64,000 nt of DNA from contig JAQBVF010000006.1 in the NCBI GenBank assembly GCA_027623675.1, positions 59,919-123,918 on the forward strand. Direction: 5' to 3'. Below are positions 28,839 through 37,677 of this stretch, piece by piece (position 1 is the stretch's first letter; every line of letters starts with the position of its first letter). Both the position numbers and the translations under genes were made by a program. A model generated the notes under the pieces. That model was given only the letters and a program-made list of their open reading frames with translations. It did not search any database and had not been told where the DNA came from. The DNA comes from Chloroflexota bacterium. Its GTDB lineage: Bacteria > Chloroflexota > Dehalococcoidia > Lucifugimonadales > UBA3495.

Positions 28839-29475
28839 CGGCGCGGTTTTCTTCGATCTCTCGACCAACTCGCCGACCATGGTGCGGCGGCTGAACCAGG
28901 AATGCGCGGCCAAGGGCGTGACCCTGCTGGACTGCCCGGTCAGCGGCGGGACCTACGGCGCGGCTGCCGGCACGCTGGCCGTGATGGTGGGCGGCGACAA
29001 GCCAACCTTCGACCGGTTCAAGCCCACGCTGGAGGCCATCGGCACCCATGTCGTGTACTGCGGAGACATCGGCAACGGGTCGGTCTGCAAGATCTGTAAC
29101 AACCTGATGAGCATGGGCATCGGAGTCCTGTTGGCCGAAGCCCTGACTTTGGGAGTCAAGGCCGGGGTTGATTTGGCCACCCTGGCGGATGTGATCAACA
29201 ACAGCACCGGCGGTTCCAAACGCCTGGCCGACAAATTTCCCCGGTTCTTGTTCCAAGGCAACTTCCAGCCCGGCTTCGCCACTGCCCTGGCCGCCAAGGA
29301 CGTGCGCCTGGCCACCGACCTGGGCCGCGAACTGGGCATCCCCATGGAACTGTCCAACATGGTGGACCAACGCCACGTCGAAGCCCTGGGCCGTGGCTGG
29401 GGCCCCGAGGATTCGGACGCCGTAGCCAAGCTCCAAGAGGAAAAATCAGGCATCCAGCTTAGGCTTCTGGACTAA
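28582..29475 (+). CDS. NAD(P)-dependent beta-hydroxyacid dehydrogenase (3-hydroxyisobutyrate/tartronate semialdehyde family)
   Basis: GFIGTGNMG, DCPVSGG, KICNN, KDVRLA. AGGAGA SD upstream. Confidence 0.92.
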   Translation: MKLGFIGTGNMGNPMAANLIKAGHQLTVHDLRREAATNLLEMGANWVDSPKEAVQGNEAVFTSLPVPRDVEAVVLGENGILEGASSGAVFFDLSTNSPTMVRRLNQECAAKGVTLLDCPVSGGTYGAAAGTLAVMVGGDKPTFDRFKPTLEAIGTHVVYCGDIGNGSVCKICNNLMSMGIGVLLAEALTLGVKAGVDLATLADVINNSTGGSKRLADKFPRFLFQGNFQPGFATALAAKDVRLATDLGRELGIPMELSNMVDQRHVEALGRGWGPEDSDAVAKLQEEKSGIQLRLLD

Positions 29476-29513
29476 GCCCGTCCGGCCAACAGACCATTTT
29501 TCGGAGATATGAG

Positions 29514-30542
29514 ATGACAACCAACGACATGGAGCGGTCCAAGATTGTGGAGTCCAGCGACACCATCGAGGCCATCGAAGAGTGTTACCGGATGGGATGG
29601 AGCGACGGCCTGCCGGTGGTGCCGCCCGTCGATTACAAGGTCCGGGAGATGCTGGAGATGGCCGGCCTCACCGGCGAAGAAGAGATCATCTCCCTGGAGA
29701 TGCGGAACCGGGTGTTGACCTCCGAGAACGTGGCGGCCAACGCCGTCATGGCCGGTTGCCTGCCCGAGTATTTTCCCGTCTTGGCCGCCACTCTGTCGGC
29801 CCTGGAAGAAGAGAAGAACTTCGTGCATATGGCATCGGCGTCCACCAGTTCGCCGGCCATCATGATGGTGCTGAACGGGCCGATCCGCGACCAGATACAC
29901 GCCAACTATCGAGACGGACTTCTCGGGCCGGGCAACCGCGCCAACGCCGTGTTGGGCCGGGCCATCCGGCTCTGTTTCATGAACGGCTTCGATGCCCGCC
30001 CCGGAACCCTGGACCGGGGCACGCTGGGCAATCCCAGCAAGTACACCCTCTGCTTCGCCGAGAACGAGGAGGACTCTCCCTGGGAGCCGCTGCACGTTTC
30101 CCGCGGTCTCAATAAGGAAGACAGCGCCGTGACCGTGGCGGTGGCGTATAACCCGATCACCGTGAACAACGCCTACGGCCACACCGGCGAGTCCATCTTG
30201 GCGTCCATTGCGGACACGCTGAAATCGGCCTCCATGGCCTTCCGCTTCCCGTCCCAATGGGTTTTGGTCATCGGCCCGGAGCATGCCATCACGCTGAACG
30301 ACGACGGCTGGACGCGGCGCGGCATCCAAGAATACATGATTGAGAACGCCGCCCGGCCCCAGAGCGAGTTGATCCGCCTGGGCATCGCTCAAGGTCCGGA
30401 GCGCGACGGCGACGACAAGATCATTCGCCGCTGCGCCCAGAGCGCGGACGACATCCTGGTGCTCATGGGCGGCGGCACCGGCGGCCGCAACAGCGCCATC
30501 ATAGACACCACCCGCTATCGGATCAGGACTCGCAAGATTTAA
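29514..30542 (+). CDS. Conserved hypothetical protein (GWSDGLPVVPP type), immediately upstream of the UGSC selenoprotein gene
   Basis: GWSDGLPVVPP, NAVMAGCLPEYFPV, GPGNRANAVLGRA, GNPSKY..CFAENEE.SPWEPLH. GGAGA SD upstream. Confidence 0.8.
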   Translation: MTTNDMERSKIVESSDTIEAIEECYRMGWSDGLPVVPPVDYKVREMLEMAGLTGEEEIISLEMRNRVLTSENVAANAVMAGCLPEYFPVLAATLSALEEEKNFVHMASASTSSPAIMMVLNGPIRDQIHANYRDGLLGPGNRANAVLGRAIRLCFMNGFDARPGTLDRGTLGNPSKYTLCFAENEEDSPWEPLHVSRGLNKEDSAVTVAVAYNPITVNNAYGHTGESILASIADTLKSASMAFRFPSQWVLVIGPEHAITLNDDGWTRRGIQEYMIENAARPQSELIRLGIAQGPERDGDDKIIRRCAQSADDILVLMGGGTGGRNSAIIDTTRYRIRTRKI

Positions 30543-30702
30543 GACAAAACAACCGGAGAAACCCGCAGCCGTTTGGCTGAACCCGGCATGTGGGAGCCTT
30601 GTATAAATCGGACTCAAGTGTATTATTAGAGGAACGCGATCTTCCGGCTACCGGAATAGTCGATTCAGGCACGAAACTTCTGGCAAAATACTGGGAGGAC
30701 AT

Positions 30703-31272
30703 ATGGCTGAGACCGTTACCGTTAGGAATATGAGACTGGTCAACCCCACCGGCACCTCTTTGTCGTCCGGTGACTTCCGGTTGAATGAACGCCCCGATAC
30801 CCTTCAGGGGAAGACCCTGGGCCTGCTGGAAAATTCGAAAGCCAATTCGGATAAGGTCCTCCACGAACTGGGCCAGATGCTGAAAGAGAAGTACGACCTG
30901 AAAGACATCGTCTACTTCGGCAAGCATTCCGCTTCCCTGCCCACCAAGCCCGAGGTGGTCCAGGACATGCTCAACAAGGTGGACATTCTGATCACCGGGA
31001 TCGGTGATTGAGGCTCCTGCAGTTCGTGCAGTGTGCACGACGGGATCGAGATGGAGCGCCTGGGCCTGCCCACCGCGTCGATCATCACCCACGTATTTAA
31101 CAACACCGCCAAGGCCATGACCCGCATGATGGGAGTGCCCGAGTTCGAGTACATCGTTGCCGAGCACCCGCTGTCGAGTCTGACCGACGAGCAGTGCCGG
31201 GAGCGGGCCGAAACCTTGTTCCCCGATGTTGAGCGCATCCTGGTCGGAAGCGCCGCCGCCAAATCCGAATAA
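30703..31272 (+). CDS. UGSC-type selenoprotein (Sec at TGA 31009-31011; UxxCxxC)
   Basis: ORFs 30703..31011 and 31033..31272 share a frame, and readthrough gives ITGIGD-U-GSCSSCSVHDGIEMERLGLPT. GGGAGG SD at the first ATG; hairpin just after the TGA. Confidence 0.88.
31015..31045 (+). promoter_or_regulatory. Candidate bacterial SECIS element
   Basis: TCCTG-cagt-TCGTGC-AGTGT-GCACGA-CGGGA starting 3 nt after the TGA. Confidence 0.7.
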
Positions 31273-31303
31273 CCTTTCGCCACGGCGCGATCCAAGAGCA
31301 ACC

Positions 31304-31333
31304 AAAAGGGGCGAGTCATACTCGCCCCTTTTT
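31304..31333 (+). terminator. Intrinsic terminator after the UGSC gene
   Basis: AAAAGGGGCGAGT-cat-ACTCGCCCCTTTTT. Confidence 0.85.
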
Positions 31334-31562
31334 CGTGCCTGGAATGGAGCCAGAACCTCTGCCGGGCCATTCCGCAACCGGGTATTCCAGGTGTGGTTTC
31401 CGGTTGAATCGCCCCTGGGCCTGTGATACCATCGCGATTGGATTGTTACTGATTTCACGAACCGAAATTCCCCGGTCTTTTCAGGACTGATTCGATGAAA
31501 TTCCCCCCGGTGAGACCGGTCCAACTACCCTCCCCAAGCCCGATTTACCAGGAGCCCAGAAT

Positions 31563-32042
31563 ATGAGCGGGCTGCAACAGCGGATCCACGACGCGGTCCA
31601 TGGCCAGACTCAGGCCACCGTCACGGTTCTGTCATCCCTGCTTGCCGTTGAGGACGAACTGGGCTACATCTCCAAAGAGGCGTTGGAATTCGTCGCCGAG
31701 TTCTCCAACTCCACGGTGAACGATGTCTGGGCCGTGGCCTCCTTCTACCCCAATTTCCGGTTTGAGCCGCCAACCGAGCACACCGTAGAAGTCTGCTGGG
31801 GGGCTTCCTGCCATCTGGTCGGGGCGATGGGTATCTTCAAATCGGTCCTGGAAGCCTCCGGAATGGGATCGGAAGGGGACAGGCCGGACGGACGCCTGAC
31901 CGTTAAGCTCAACACCTGCCTCGGGGCCTGTTCTCAGGCGCCGGTGATGGCGATGGACCACCATCTGGCCGGACGGGTCACGCCCGAGTCGGCGGCTAAG
32001 AACGTAACCGACCTGCTTGAGACGGAAAGCCATGGCGTCTAG
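31563..32042 (+). CDS. NuoE/HoxE-like [2Fe-2S] subunit
   Basis: GYIS, VASFYPNF, EVCWGASCH, TCLGACSQAP. Confidence 0.9.
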   Translation: MSGLQQRIHDAVHGQTQATVTVLSSLLAVEDELGYISKEALEFVAEFSNSTVNDVWAVASFYPNFRFEPPTEHTVEVCWGASCHLVGAMGIFKSVLEASGMGSEGDRPDGRLTVKLNTCLGACSQAPVMAMDHHLAGRVTPESAAKNVTDLLETESHGV

Positions 32043-33759
32043 TTTCGTAGAGATAGGGGTTGAAGCAGCCCGGCGTTGGGAAGAACTCGTCGCGGGTGAT
32101 CGTCCCTGGATACGCATCGGGACCGCCCTGTGCGGCGAAGCTGCCGGTGCTTTCGAGGTCGCCACCGCCGTTGAGGCGGCGCTGGAGGGTCAGGGCGTTT
32201 CCGCCCAGGTTAGCCGGGTTGGCTGCCTGGGTCTGTGTTTCGCCGAACCCCTCCTGGATGTGCAGCTGCCCGGCGGACACCGCGTCTTCTACGGGAACGT
32301 GCGGCCGGAAGATGTTGCCGAGATCGTGTCAGCCCACGTCTCGGGCGGGACCCCGGTTGCTGGCAAGGCGCTTGGCTACCTGCCCGGCGAGGAGAGCGAC
32401 GCCCCATTGCCCGACGGCATCCCCGACTTGAACCAACATCCCATGCGGGTCTGGGAGAACCGCATCGCCCTCAGGAACGCCGGCAACATCGACCCGATGG
32501 ACATCTATCAGTACATCGCCAACGGCGGCTATAAGGCCCTGAACAAAGCCCTTGGCAGCCTGACCAGCCAAGAAACCCTGGAGGAGGTCAAGGCGTCGGG
32601 CCTGAGAGGCCGGGGCGGCGCCGCTTTCCCAACGGCCGTGAAATGGGGTTTCCTGGCCGGCAACCCGGCGCCCGAGAAGTATGTCCTCTGCAACTGCGAG
32701 GAGGGCGACCCCGGGGCCTTCAACGACAAAAACATATTGGAGAGCGACCCCAACACCCTGCTTGAAGGGGTGATCATCGCGGGGTACGCCACCGGGGCCA
32801 GCAAGGGGTATATCTTCATCCGCCACGGGCATAACGGCCCCATCGACCGTTGCCGGGCGGCGGTAAACCAGGCGAGAGAATTGGGCCTGATCGGAGAGAA
32901 CATCCTGGGTTCGGGCTTCAATTACGACGTGGAAGTAGCCCTCACCGGCGACTCCTACGTGGCCGGTGAAGAGACCGCCCTCATGGAAGCGATCGAGGGA
33001 AAGCGGTCGATGCCCAGGTACCGCCCGCCATTCCCGGCCCAGGTGGGCCTCTTCGGCAAGCCAACCAACATCAACAACGTGAAAACCCTGTCCTACGTCC
33101 CCGAGATCGTATCCAGGGGCGGCGCGTGGTTCGCGGACATCGGCCACGACACCAGCACCGGCACGGCCATATTGTGCCTGTCCGGGTCCCTGAGATACAC
33201 CGGCATGGTGGAAGTTCCCCTGGGCATCAATCTGAAAGACGTGATCTACGAGGCTGCCGGTGGCGTGACCGGCGGCCGGGCCTTGAAGTTCCTGCAGACC
33301 GGTGGACCTTTGGGTGGCGTGCTGGGCGCGGACAACATCGACCTGTTGCTGGACTTTGAAGTGCTGCGCGGCGCCGGGGCGATCATGGGCTCGGGGGGCA
33401 TCATCGCGGCCGATGACACCACCTGCATCGTCGACCTGACCCGGTCGCTGATCGCCTTCTGCCAGTACGAGTCCTGCGGTAAATGCTTCCCATGCCGCAT
33501 GGGCATGAGCCACCTGCTGGAGGTACTAGAGCGCATCTGCTGTCTGGAGGGCACCGGCGAGGACCTGGCCCTGATGCGGAATATCGGCGAGAACATGCAG
33601 GCGGCCTCCCTCTGCGGACACGGGCAGCTTGGCTTTAACCCGGTGTCCTCGGCGCTGCGTTACTTCGGTCCCGAATTCGACGCCCATATCATTGACCATA
33701 GATGTCCAACCGGGGTCTGCGAATTGCCCCGGTTCTCGCCGGCGCAGTCTCGCCGCTAA
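32032..33759 (+). CDS. NuoF/HoxF/HydB-like FMN/NADH-binding subunit with N-terminal thioredoxin-like Fe-S domain
   Basis: GCLGLCFAEP, SGLRGRGGAAFPT, NCEEGDPGAF, YVAGEETAL, ESCGKCFPCRMG, SLCGHG. Confidence 0.93.
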   Translation: MASSFVEIGVEAARRWEELVAGDRPWIRIGTALCGEAAGAFEVATAVEAALEGQGVSAQVSRVGCLGLCFAEPLLDVQLPGGHRVFYGNVRPEDVAEIVSAHVSGGTPVAGKALGYLPGEESDAPLPDGIPDLNQHPMRVWENRIALRNAGNIDPMDIYQYIANGGYKALNKALGSLTSQETLEEVKASGLRGRGGAAFPTAVKWGFLAGNPAPEKYVLCNCEEGDPGAFNDKNILESDPNTLLEGVIIAGYATGASKGYIFIRHGHNGPIDRCRAAVNQARELGLIGENILGSGFNYDVEVALTGDSYVAGEETALMEAIEGKRSMPRYRPPFPAQVGLFGKPTNINNVKTLSYVPEIVSRGGAWFADIGHDTSTGTAILCLSGSLRYTGMVEVPLGINLKDVIYEAAGGVTGGRALKFLQTGGPLGGVLGADNIDLLLDFEVLRGAGAIMGSGGIIAADDTTCIVDLTRSLIAFCQYESCGKCFPCRMGMSHLLEVLERICCLEGTGEDLALMRNIGENMQAASLCGHGQLGFNPVSSALRYFGPEFDAHIIDHRCPTGVCELPRFSPAQSRR

Positions 33760-33865
33760 CCAGATCTGCCCGGCCCACGCCGGACGACCCGCCCGTTTCA
33801 TACCATCAGTTCGATAAAATCAGGTTCGCACAACCAGTTCCGTACAAGATAAAAGAGGCTGCTAA

Positions 33866-36688
33866 ATGGCCGACGATATAACCATCAGCTTTGATGGCAA
33901 AGAGGTAAAGACTCAACCGGGCACGATGGTCCTGCAAGCGGCCATCGACGCCGGAGTCTACGTTCCCTACCTCTGCTATCACCCTGGCATGAAACCCTAC
34001 GGCGCCTGCCGCATGTGCGTGGTCAGCGTTGAAGGCCAGCGCGGCTTCCCAGCCTCCTGCACCCTGCCGGCCGCCGACGGCATGAAGGTCCAGACCGAGT
34101 CGACCGAGGTAAACGACCTCCGAAAGTCGGTCATGGAGATGCTGATCGCCGAGCATCCCAGCGGCTGTCTTACCTGCCACCGCGTCGATCTCTGCGGCCC
34201 GGACGACGTCTGCCTGCGCCACGTTTCGGTCAACGACCGCTGCGTCACCTGCCCCAAGAACGAACGCTGCGAACTCAAAGACACCGTGCGTTATCTGGGC
34301 ATGGACCTGGAATCGCCACTTAAATACAAGTACCGGGAGATCCCGCTGGAAGTGGCTGACCCCTTCTACGACCGCGATTACAACCTGTGCATCGTCTGCG
34401 CCCGTTGTGTGCGGGCCTGCGAGGAATTGCGCGGCGACGATGCCATCGGCATGACCGAACGCAGCGGGCAGGCGCTGGTGGGAACGTCTTTCGGCACGTC
34501 GCTGCTGGAATCGGGTTGCGAGTTCTGCGGCGCCTGCATCGATGTCTGCCCGGTGGGGGCCTTGGTGGAACGGGACAACAAATGGGACAAGCCGCGCAAG
34601 GTGGAACGCACCGTCTGCCCGCTATGTCCGGTGGGCTGCCAACTGAATATCGAATACGACGACGCCGAGAAACTCATCCGCGCTGTCCCGGAGCTAAACT
34701 CTCCGGCCAACCACGGTCAGGCCTGCTTCAAGGGCAAGTTTGGACTGCAGTTCGTGAATGACGGCAGCCGGTTGCACACCCCGCTGGTGCGCCGCGACGG
34801 CCGATTGGTTGAAGCGACGTGGGACGAGGCCCTAGAAGTGGTGGCCGCCCGTTTGGCTGAATACTCGGGTGAGGCCTTCGCCTTCCTGACTTCGCCCTAC
34901 AGCACCAACGAGGAGCACTACCTGGCCCAGAAGTTCGCCCGGACGGCCATGAAGTCCAACAACGTGGACCAGACCTCCAACGTCCAGCCCGAACTCACCG
35001 GCGGATTGGAGCAGTCACTGGGCTATTCCGCGGCGACCAATCCCATCTGGGACCTGGAACAATCGGGCTGCATCTTGGTGTTCAGCAGCAACGTCACGGA
35101 AGAGCATAACGTGGTGGGCGTGCCCATCAAACGGGCCGCGCGGAAGAATTCCAAGTTGGTGGTTATCGACTCGCGCGAAGTGGAGTTGACCCGCTACGCC
35201 CACGTTTGGCTGCGGCCGGCGCCGGGCACCGAGCAACTGCTACTGGGCGGACTGCTCAAGTCGGTGATTGACCAGGGGTTCCAGCAAGACGATTGGCTGG
35301 CCGAGAACTGCGAGAGCCCAGCCACTCTCCAATACGCCCTGAGCGCCCTGGACCTGGACGAGGTCGAACGGGTGACCCAGGTCGCCGCCGAAGACATAGC
35401 GGAGGCGGCGCGGTTGTACGGCGAGGCGGAGGCCAGTGCGCTGGTGTACGCTCTCGACAACATCCAGCCCCGCCTGGCCAGAGACTGCGTATTGTCGCTG
35501 GTGAACCTGGCCCTGGTGACCGGAAACTTGGGTAAGCCTGGCGCGGGGATCTACCCCATGCGTTCCGGCGCCAACGAACAGGGTGCTTGGGATGTCGGCT
35601 GCGTGCCCGACCGGCTGCCGGGATACCGCCGCGTTGCCAACACTCAAGACCGGCAAGCGGTGGCGGCGTTCTGGGACTCGTCAATCCCCGAAACCCCCGG
35701 GCTGGGCCTGGCACAGATCATCGAGGGCGCTCGAAATGGCCAGATAAAGGCGGCGTTCGTCATCGGCGACAGCCCCAATCTCAGCAACGGGAAGTTGGGC
35801 GACGGCCTGGCCGCTCTGGATAACCTGGAGTTCCTGGTGGTCTGCGATTCGTTCCTGACCCCTTCCGCCCAGTTGGCCGACGTTGTTCTACCCCGTGCAA
35901 CCTTCGCCGAGAAGGACGGCACGTTCACCAACCTGGAGCGGCGTATCCAGCGGATCAAGCCGGGCCGCAGCCTGCCCGAAGATGGCGCGCGGTCGGAATG
36001 GCGGGTGATCTGCGACGTGGCCCACAAGATGGGAGCGCCCGGCTTTCTACTGGCATCGCCCTCTGAGACAATGGATGAGATCGCCAAGATCGCGCCGCTT
36101 TACGCCAATGTCTCCTACCGGAGCCTGGCCAACCAGGGCGGCCTGGTCTTCAAGACCCAACTGGAAAGTCCACAGCCGACCCAGATGCTGTACGCCAGCC
36201 GAGAGGACCGGGGACTGCAATGGCCGGCGAACGCCGACGGCAAAGGCACTCCCATCCTATACGAGGGCGGCTTCAAAGAGCGCCGGGCCGAGCCGATCAC
36301 GCCGGCATTCGTGGCGGCGGATAACGGAACCGACCCGGACTACCCGCTCTGGTTCGTGCCCGGACGGGTCCTGCTACAGCAGGAGCGGGATATCAAGATC
36401 GTCAAGGGAAGGCGCAACAGTATTCAGAGAGATGAATTTGTGGAACTGAACCCGGCCGATGCCGAGTTGCTGTCCGTTCAGGACGGCAGCGAGGTTGAAG
36501 TCGAGATGGCGATCGGACGGCTGGCCGGACTGGCGCATATCAACAAGTCGGTACCCGTCGGAGTCGTGGCCTCCACCTCTCTATTTGGACAGTTGGCCAT
36601 CGACCTGCAAAGCAGTGAAGAGATGGAACCGGCATCCAGGGTGCCCGGCTTGGACATACGCCGGGCGCGTGTCAACAAAGTCAGATAA
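33866..36688 (+). CDS. NuoG / formate dehydrogenase alpha-like multi-Fe-S molybdopterin-oxidoreductase-fold protein
   Basis: LCYHP..GACRMC..ASC [2Fe-2S], HxxxCxxC, CIVCARCVRAC, CEFCGACIDVCP, CPLCPVGC..ACFKG, ADVVLP..FAEKDGTFTNLERRIQ. Confidence 0.9.
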   Translation: MADDITISFDGKEVKTQPGTMVLQAAIDAGVYVPYLCYHPGMKPYGACRMCVVSVEGQRGFPASCTLPAADGMKVQTESTEVNDLRKSVMEMLIAEHPSGCLTCHRVDLCGPDDVCLRHVSVNDRCVTCPKNERCELKDTVRYLGMDLESPLKYKYREIPLEVADPFYDRDYNLCIVCARCVRACEELRGDDAIGMTERSGQALVGTSFGTSLLESGCEFCGACIDVCPVGALVERDNKWDKPRKVERTVCPLCPVGCQLNIEYDDAEKLIRAVPELNSPANHGQACFKGKFGLQFVNDGSRLHTPLVRRDGRLVEATWDEALEVVAARLAEYSGEAFAFLTSPYSTNEEHYLAQKFARTAMKSNNVDQTSNVQPELTGGLEQSLGYSAATNPIWDLEQSGCILVFSSNVTEEHNVVGVPIKRAARKNSKLVVIDSREVELTRYAHVWLRPAPGTEQLLLGGLLKSVIDQGFQQDDWLAENCESPATLQYALSALDLDEVERVTQVAAEDIAEAARLYGEAEASALVYALDNIQPRLARDCVLSLVNLALVTGNLGKPGAGIYPMRSGANEQGAWDVGCVPDRLPGYRRVANTQDRQAVAAFWDSSIPETPGLGLAQIIEGARNGQIKAAFVIGDSPNLSNGKLGDGLAALDNLEFLVVCDSFLTPSAQLADVVLPRATFAEKDGTFTNLERRIQRIKPGRSLPEDGARSEWRVICDVAHKMGAPGFLLASPSETMDEIAKIAPLYANVSYRSLANQGGLVFKTQLESPQPTQMLYASREDRGLQWPANADGKGTPILYEGGFKERRAEPITPAFVAADNGTDPDYPLWFVPGRVLLQQERDIKIVKGRRNSIQRDEFVELNPADAELLSVQDGSEVEVEMAIGRLAGLAHINKSVPVGVVASTSLFGQLAIDLQSSEEMEPASRVPGLDIRRARVNKVR

Positions 36689-36775
36689 CACGGTTCGATC
36701 ACCGGTCAACCACCGGTTGATCGACCCAAAAAGCCACCGAGCTATAGTCATTGGAAAACGACCCGAGGAGTATTC

Positions 36776-37558
36776 ATGGCAGAAGTAAGAACCACCGGTC
36801 AGGGCGGAGGGCTCGACCTGACCCCCAATCCAGCGTTCCCCACGGGCAAATTGGTGGACCGTCGCGACGTCACCGAAGACCTGATGGTCATCAAATTGGA
36901 AGTATCCGAGAATTTCAACTTCAAACCCGGCCAGTACTGCACCCTGGGACTGGGCAAGATCGAACGGGCCTACTCCATAGTCTCAGCCCCCTACGAGAAA
37001 TACCTGGAGATCTTCGTGGAGTTGGTGCCGGACGGCGAGTTGACTCCCAAGATGTTTGCCCTGGAGATTGGTGACAAGATGTCGGTCCGGCCTCGGGCCA
37101 AGGGTATCTTCACCCTCGATCCGAAGATGCATCACCACTTCATGCTGTCCACGGTTACCGGAGTGGCGCCTTCGGTCAGCATCGTCCGTCAGTATCTCCA
37201 CGATCTGGAGTCCGGTGACGGCGCCAACAAGGGACACGTTTTCTACATCATGTACGGCGCCAGCTACGTGGACGAGTTGACTTACGACGTGGAATTCCAG
37301 GACCTGGCCGAGAAACACCCGGATATCGTGAAATTCGTGCCCACCATCAGCCGCCCAACGGAAGCCAGGAACGACGGCTGGGAAGGGGTTACCGGGCGGG
37401 TCAACACCATCGCCGAGGAATACCTGGCCAAGTTCGGCCTGCCCAAGGACGATACCAAGGTTTACGCCTGCGGTCACCCGGGCATGATCGAAGAGATGAA
37501 GGAGAAGTTGCCGCCCCAGGGCTGGAACTTCATAGAAGAACGGTTCTGGAAAGAGTAG
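36776..37558 (+). CDS. fpr: Ferredoxin/flavodoxin-NADP+ reductase
   Basis: FKPGQY, RAYSIVS, GELTP, STVTGVAP, YACGHPGM, C-terminal ERFW. Confidence 0.88.
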   Translation: MAEVRTTGQGGGLDLTPNPAFPTGKLVDRRDVTEDLMVIKLEVSENFNFKPGQYCTLGLGKIERAYSIVSAPYEKYLEIFVELVPDGELTPKMFALEIGDKMSVRPRAKGIFTLDPKMHHHFMLSTVTGVAPSVSIVRQYLHDLESGDGANKGHVFYIMYGASYVDELTYDVEFQDLAEKHPDIVKFVPTISRPTEARNDGWEGVTGRVNTIAEEYLAKFGLPKDDTKVYACGHPGMIEEMKEKLPPQGWNFIEERFWKE

Positions 37559-37677
37559 CTCCCAGATAGCTTCAGACTTTCCGCCGCCCGCATCTAATCA
37601 TTATGGTCGGCGTAGACTTCCGACCGCCTGGATTGGGAGTAGAATGGTGGTGTGATTCAATCGGGCATGGGTGTGTT

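Noticed and set aside
31033..31272. Independent 79-aa gene or a nonsense pseudogene
   Set aside because: It has no SD of its own, shares the frame of the upstream ORF, and the TGA sits in a UxxCxxC motif with a SECIS-like hairpin. Recoding explains it better, and the same reasoning applies to ORFs 40479 and 54032.
32032..33759. Electron-bifurcating HydB-type subunit
   Set aside because: The protein ends after RCPTGVC without the C-terminal 2x[4Fe-4S] ferredoxin domain typical of bifurcating HydB.
33866..36688. Selenocysteine formate dehydrogenase
   Set aside because: No in-frame TGA and no Cys at the metal-ligand position.
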